From an uncultured Nitrososphaerota archaeon (GTDB lineage: Archaea > Thermoproteota > Nitrososphaeria > Nitrososphaerales > CADDZS01): a stretch of DNA of 64,000 nucleotides. This document shows positions 62,195-64,000 of the stretch, piece after piece. The position numbers were made by a program, and so were the translations under genes. Position 1 is the stretch's first letter. Each line of letters opens with the position of its first letter. The notes beneath the pieces are model-generated. The model was not told where the DNA came from. It made no database searches and saw only the letters and a program-made list of their open reading frames with translations. The stretch covers positions 1,280,001 to 1,344,000 of the forward strand of contig CAWCYI010000006.1 of the NCBI GenBank assembly GCA_963799845.1, given 5' to 3'.

Positions 62195-63737
62195 TCAAGC
62201 AATTCCCGAAAGTGCCATTAGGGCGGCGTTTCTGCCTGGAAGACCTGTCACTCCTCCACCCGGATGAGTAGTAGGTCCGAACATGTAAAGTCCCTTAATT
62301 GGAGTCTTGTACTGAGACCACCCCGGGAACGGACGTAAAGCAAGGGATTGATCTAGTGAAACACTTCCACCCGCGGGATCGCCGTTAACAAGATTTGGAT
62401 TCAGAGATTCTATATCCTGCGGCGAGAGTATTACTTCTTTCAAAATAATTTGTTTAGCCTTCGGCGAGTACTCGCACAATCTATCTATGCAGGAACCGGC
62501 AAATCGTTCCTTTTCCTCGACGGTCCAAATTCTACCGTCAAGAAATACCGGCGCTCTTACGAAGTTCCATAGCGTATGTTTTCCGGGAGGCGCCCTCGAT
62601 GGGTCGTAACAGGAGGTGTTGTTTATTGTCATGAATGGTCTTTTGGGCAGACTTACCGTTTACGCATTCGTTGTAAGCTTGCGAGATCTCATCCAACGAT
62701 TCGCCAATCTGAATGACGCCGGATTTTTTAACGTCGTCAGATGCAAAGTCCAACCATTCATTTAGGGCGGCGTGAATCATGACCTCAGTCACTCTCGAAT
62801 ATCTGAAGCGTTTCACTTTTTTCCGAAAATCGTCTCCGATTGCAGATTCAGGAACGAGATTCAAGAATAAGGATTTTGGCTCAACGCCGGCAAGTATACC
62901 TTTTCTTGCGTGAAAAACTCGTCCGTTAGTTGTCTTGACCGATATAGCTTCTCCGTCATTCACCTCAATTGACTGCACTCCATCTCCCAATATGACAGAT
63001 CCTCCGTGACTAAAATAGTACTTCTGCAATGAATTAACGAGGGTCTTTATCCCTCCGATCGGTACTGCAACTCCTCTTTTCTGCAAAAGCCCTGTGAAGA
63101 AGAAGACCGTGAAAGCGCTACGTGCAGCTTCGGGGGAAAGTGGAGCATGGTTAGCGCCCAAGAGGGCTAGAAACGCCTTGACCTCTTCTGACTCGAAGTT
63201 TTCCTCCAGCCAGTCTCTCGCGGACATGTAGGAAAATTGAAGAAAGTCGAGGCCTGTGTCTGATTCCTCCAAAGCAGACATTTGGGAAGAAAAAGGGAGT
63301 GGGGGCGCCTGCATAGAACCAAAATATATTTCTTCGGATTCTTGATAGAAATCAAATATCTCCTTGAATTTTTTGGGGTCTTTTTCAGAAAGATGGGAAA
63401 TGGATTTTAGTGTCAAATTCAAGTCCTTGTAAATCGACATCGAGCTTCCGTGGACAAATGGGGTCGACGCTACTGGATTTGGCTCAATTTCTCGATACCC
63501 GTACTTTTCAAGCTCTAATTCGGATTGGACAGGACTGGCCTTCCAGAAGTTAATCGAAGTTGCCAGCACATCGTGCTTGAATCCTGGCAAGGTAAGTTCC
63601 TCTGTAAAGGCTGCACCACCCAGATAGCTTTTCTTTTCAATTAGTAAACAGGAGCAGCCCTGTTTTGAAACATAGGAAGCGGCAGAGAGACCATTCGTGC
63701 CCCCGCCGATCACTATGAAATCATACGTTGACATCAA
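62195..63737 (-). CDS. Phytoene dehydrogenase-like NAD(P)/FAD oxidoreductase, frameshift at about 62651
   Basis: IGGGTNGL, GGAAFTEELTLPGFKHD, DPSRAPPGKHTLW and THPGGGVTGLPGRNAA. Confidence 0.88.
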
Positions 63738-64000
63738 TAATTCAGGTAATCAAAAAGCATTCAGTCATAAAAAGTGATATGGATTCCATTACATTTCTTT
63801 CGCCGCGAAAGAACATGAGTTATTATGAAGAGTAAGTTATCACAATCTCTAGAGAGGTAAGAGAATCCTCAGATTAGAAGCAATCAATCTTGCGAATTCT
63901 ATTCGAACTTGTAGATTCAGTTCGTTTCATCAGAGAGCGACGTTAAGGTATTATGGCTTCAAGCTTGAGATGGAGAGAATTCCAGTAATGCGCAAATGAT

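Noticed and set aside
9620-63737. Mass pseudogenisation or programmed frameshifting of the many split genes
   Set aside because: Single-base fixes restore full-length proteins with intact motifs. The lesions cluster at AGCT and lack slippery heptamers, so read error is the better explanation.
1-64000. CRISPR array, rRNA, intact transposase, and the many short antisense ORFs in the track
   Set aside because: I saw no regularly spaced repeats, rRNA-like sequence or transposase motifs. The antisense ORFs are shadows of well-supported genes.

Overview
A 64-kb window of about 45% GC (estimated by eye). It is most likely archaeal, from a Nitrososphaerota/Thaumarchaeota-like heterotroph. This is inferred from a TrmB regulator, TATA-like boxes about 25-30 nt before likely starts, an archaeal-type Ser/Thr-linker dipeptide-binding protein and a thaumarchaeal-type integrase remnant. 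Nearly the whole window is a catabolic region for N-heterocycles and small acids. It holds three xanthine-dehydrogenase-family Mo large subunits, two CoxM/CoxS pairs, CoxG, FdhD, three UbiD enzymes (no UbiX), a cyclic amidohydrolase, two nitrilase-family proteins, DUF1989, DUF6282, two LeuC/LeuD pairs, a LeuB-like enzyme, two MmgE/PrpD proteins, two atypical M24-fold proteins, an isochorismatase-family hydrolase and a Dpp ABC transporter. A small mobile-element relic with a tRNA 3'-end att-like core lies at about 33.3-35.7 kb. Main hunt results: (1) Two ParA-less ParB-CTPase-fold proteins. One is fused to a SnoaL/NTF2-like domain and has a perfect 18-bp parS-like palindrome (TGTTCACGCGCGTGAACA) in its promoter, which recurs 21.8 kb away in another divergent promoter. 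This is a candidate ligand-sensing sliding-clamp regulator. (2) 15 of the 17 frameshifts I could place fall on AGCT. This points to read errors at a methylated motif, so most split genes are probably intact. All family calls come from motif recognition by eye; no database searches were run.
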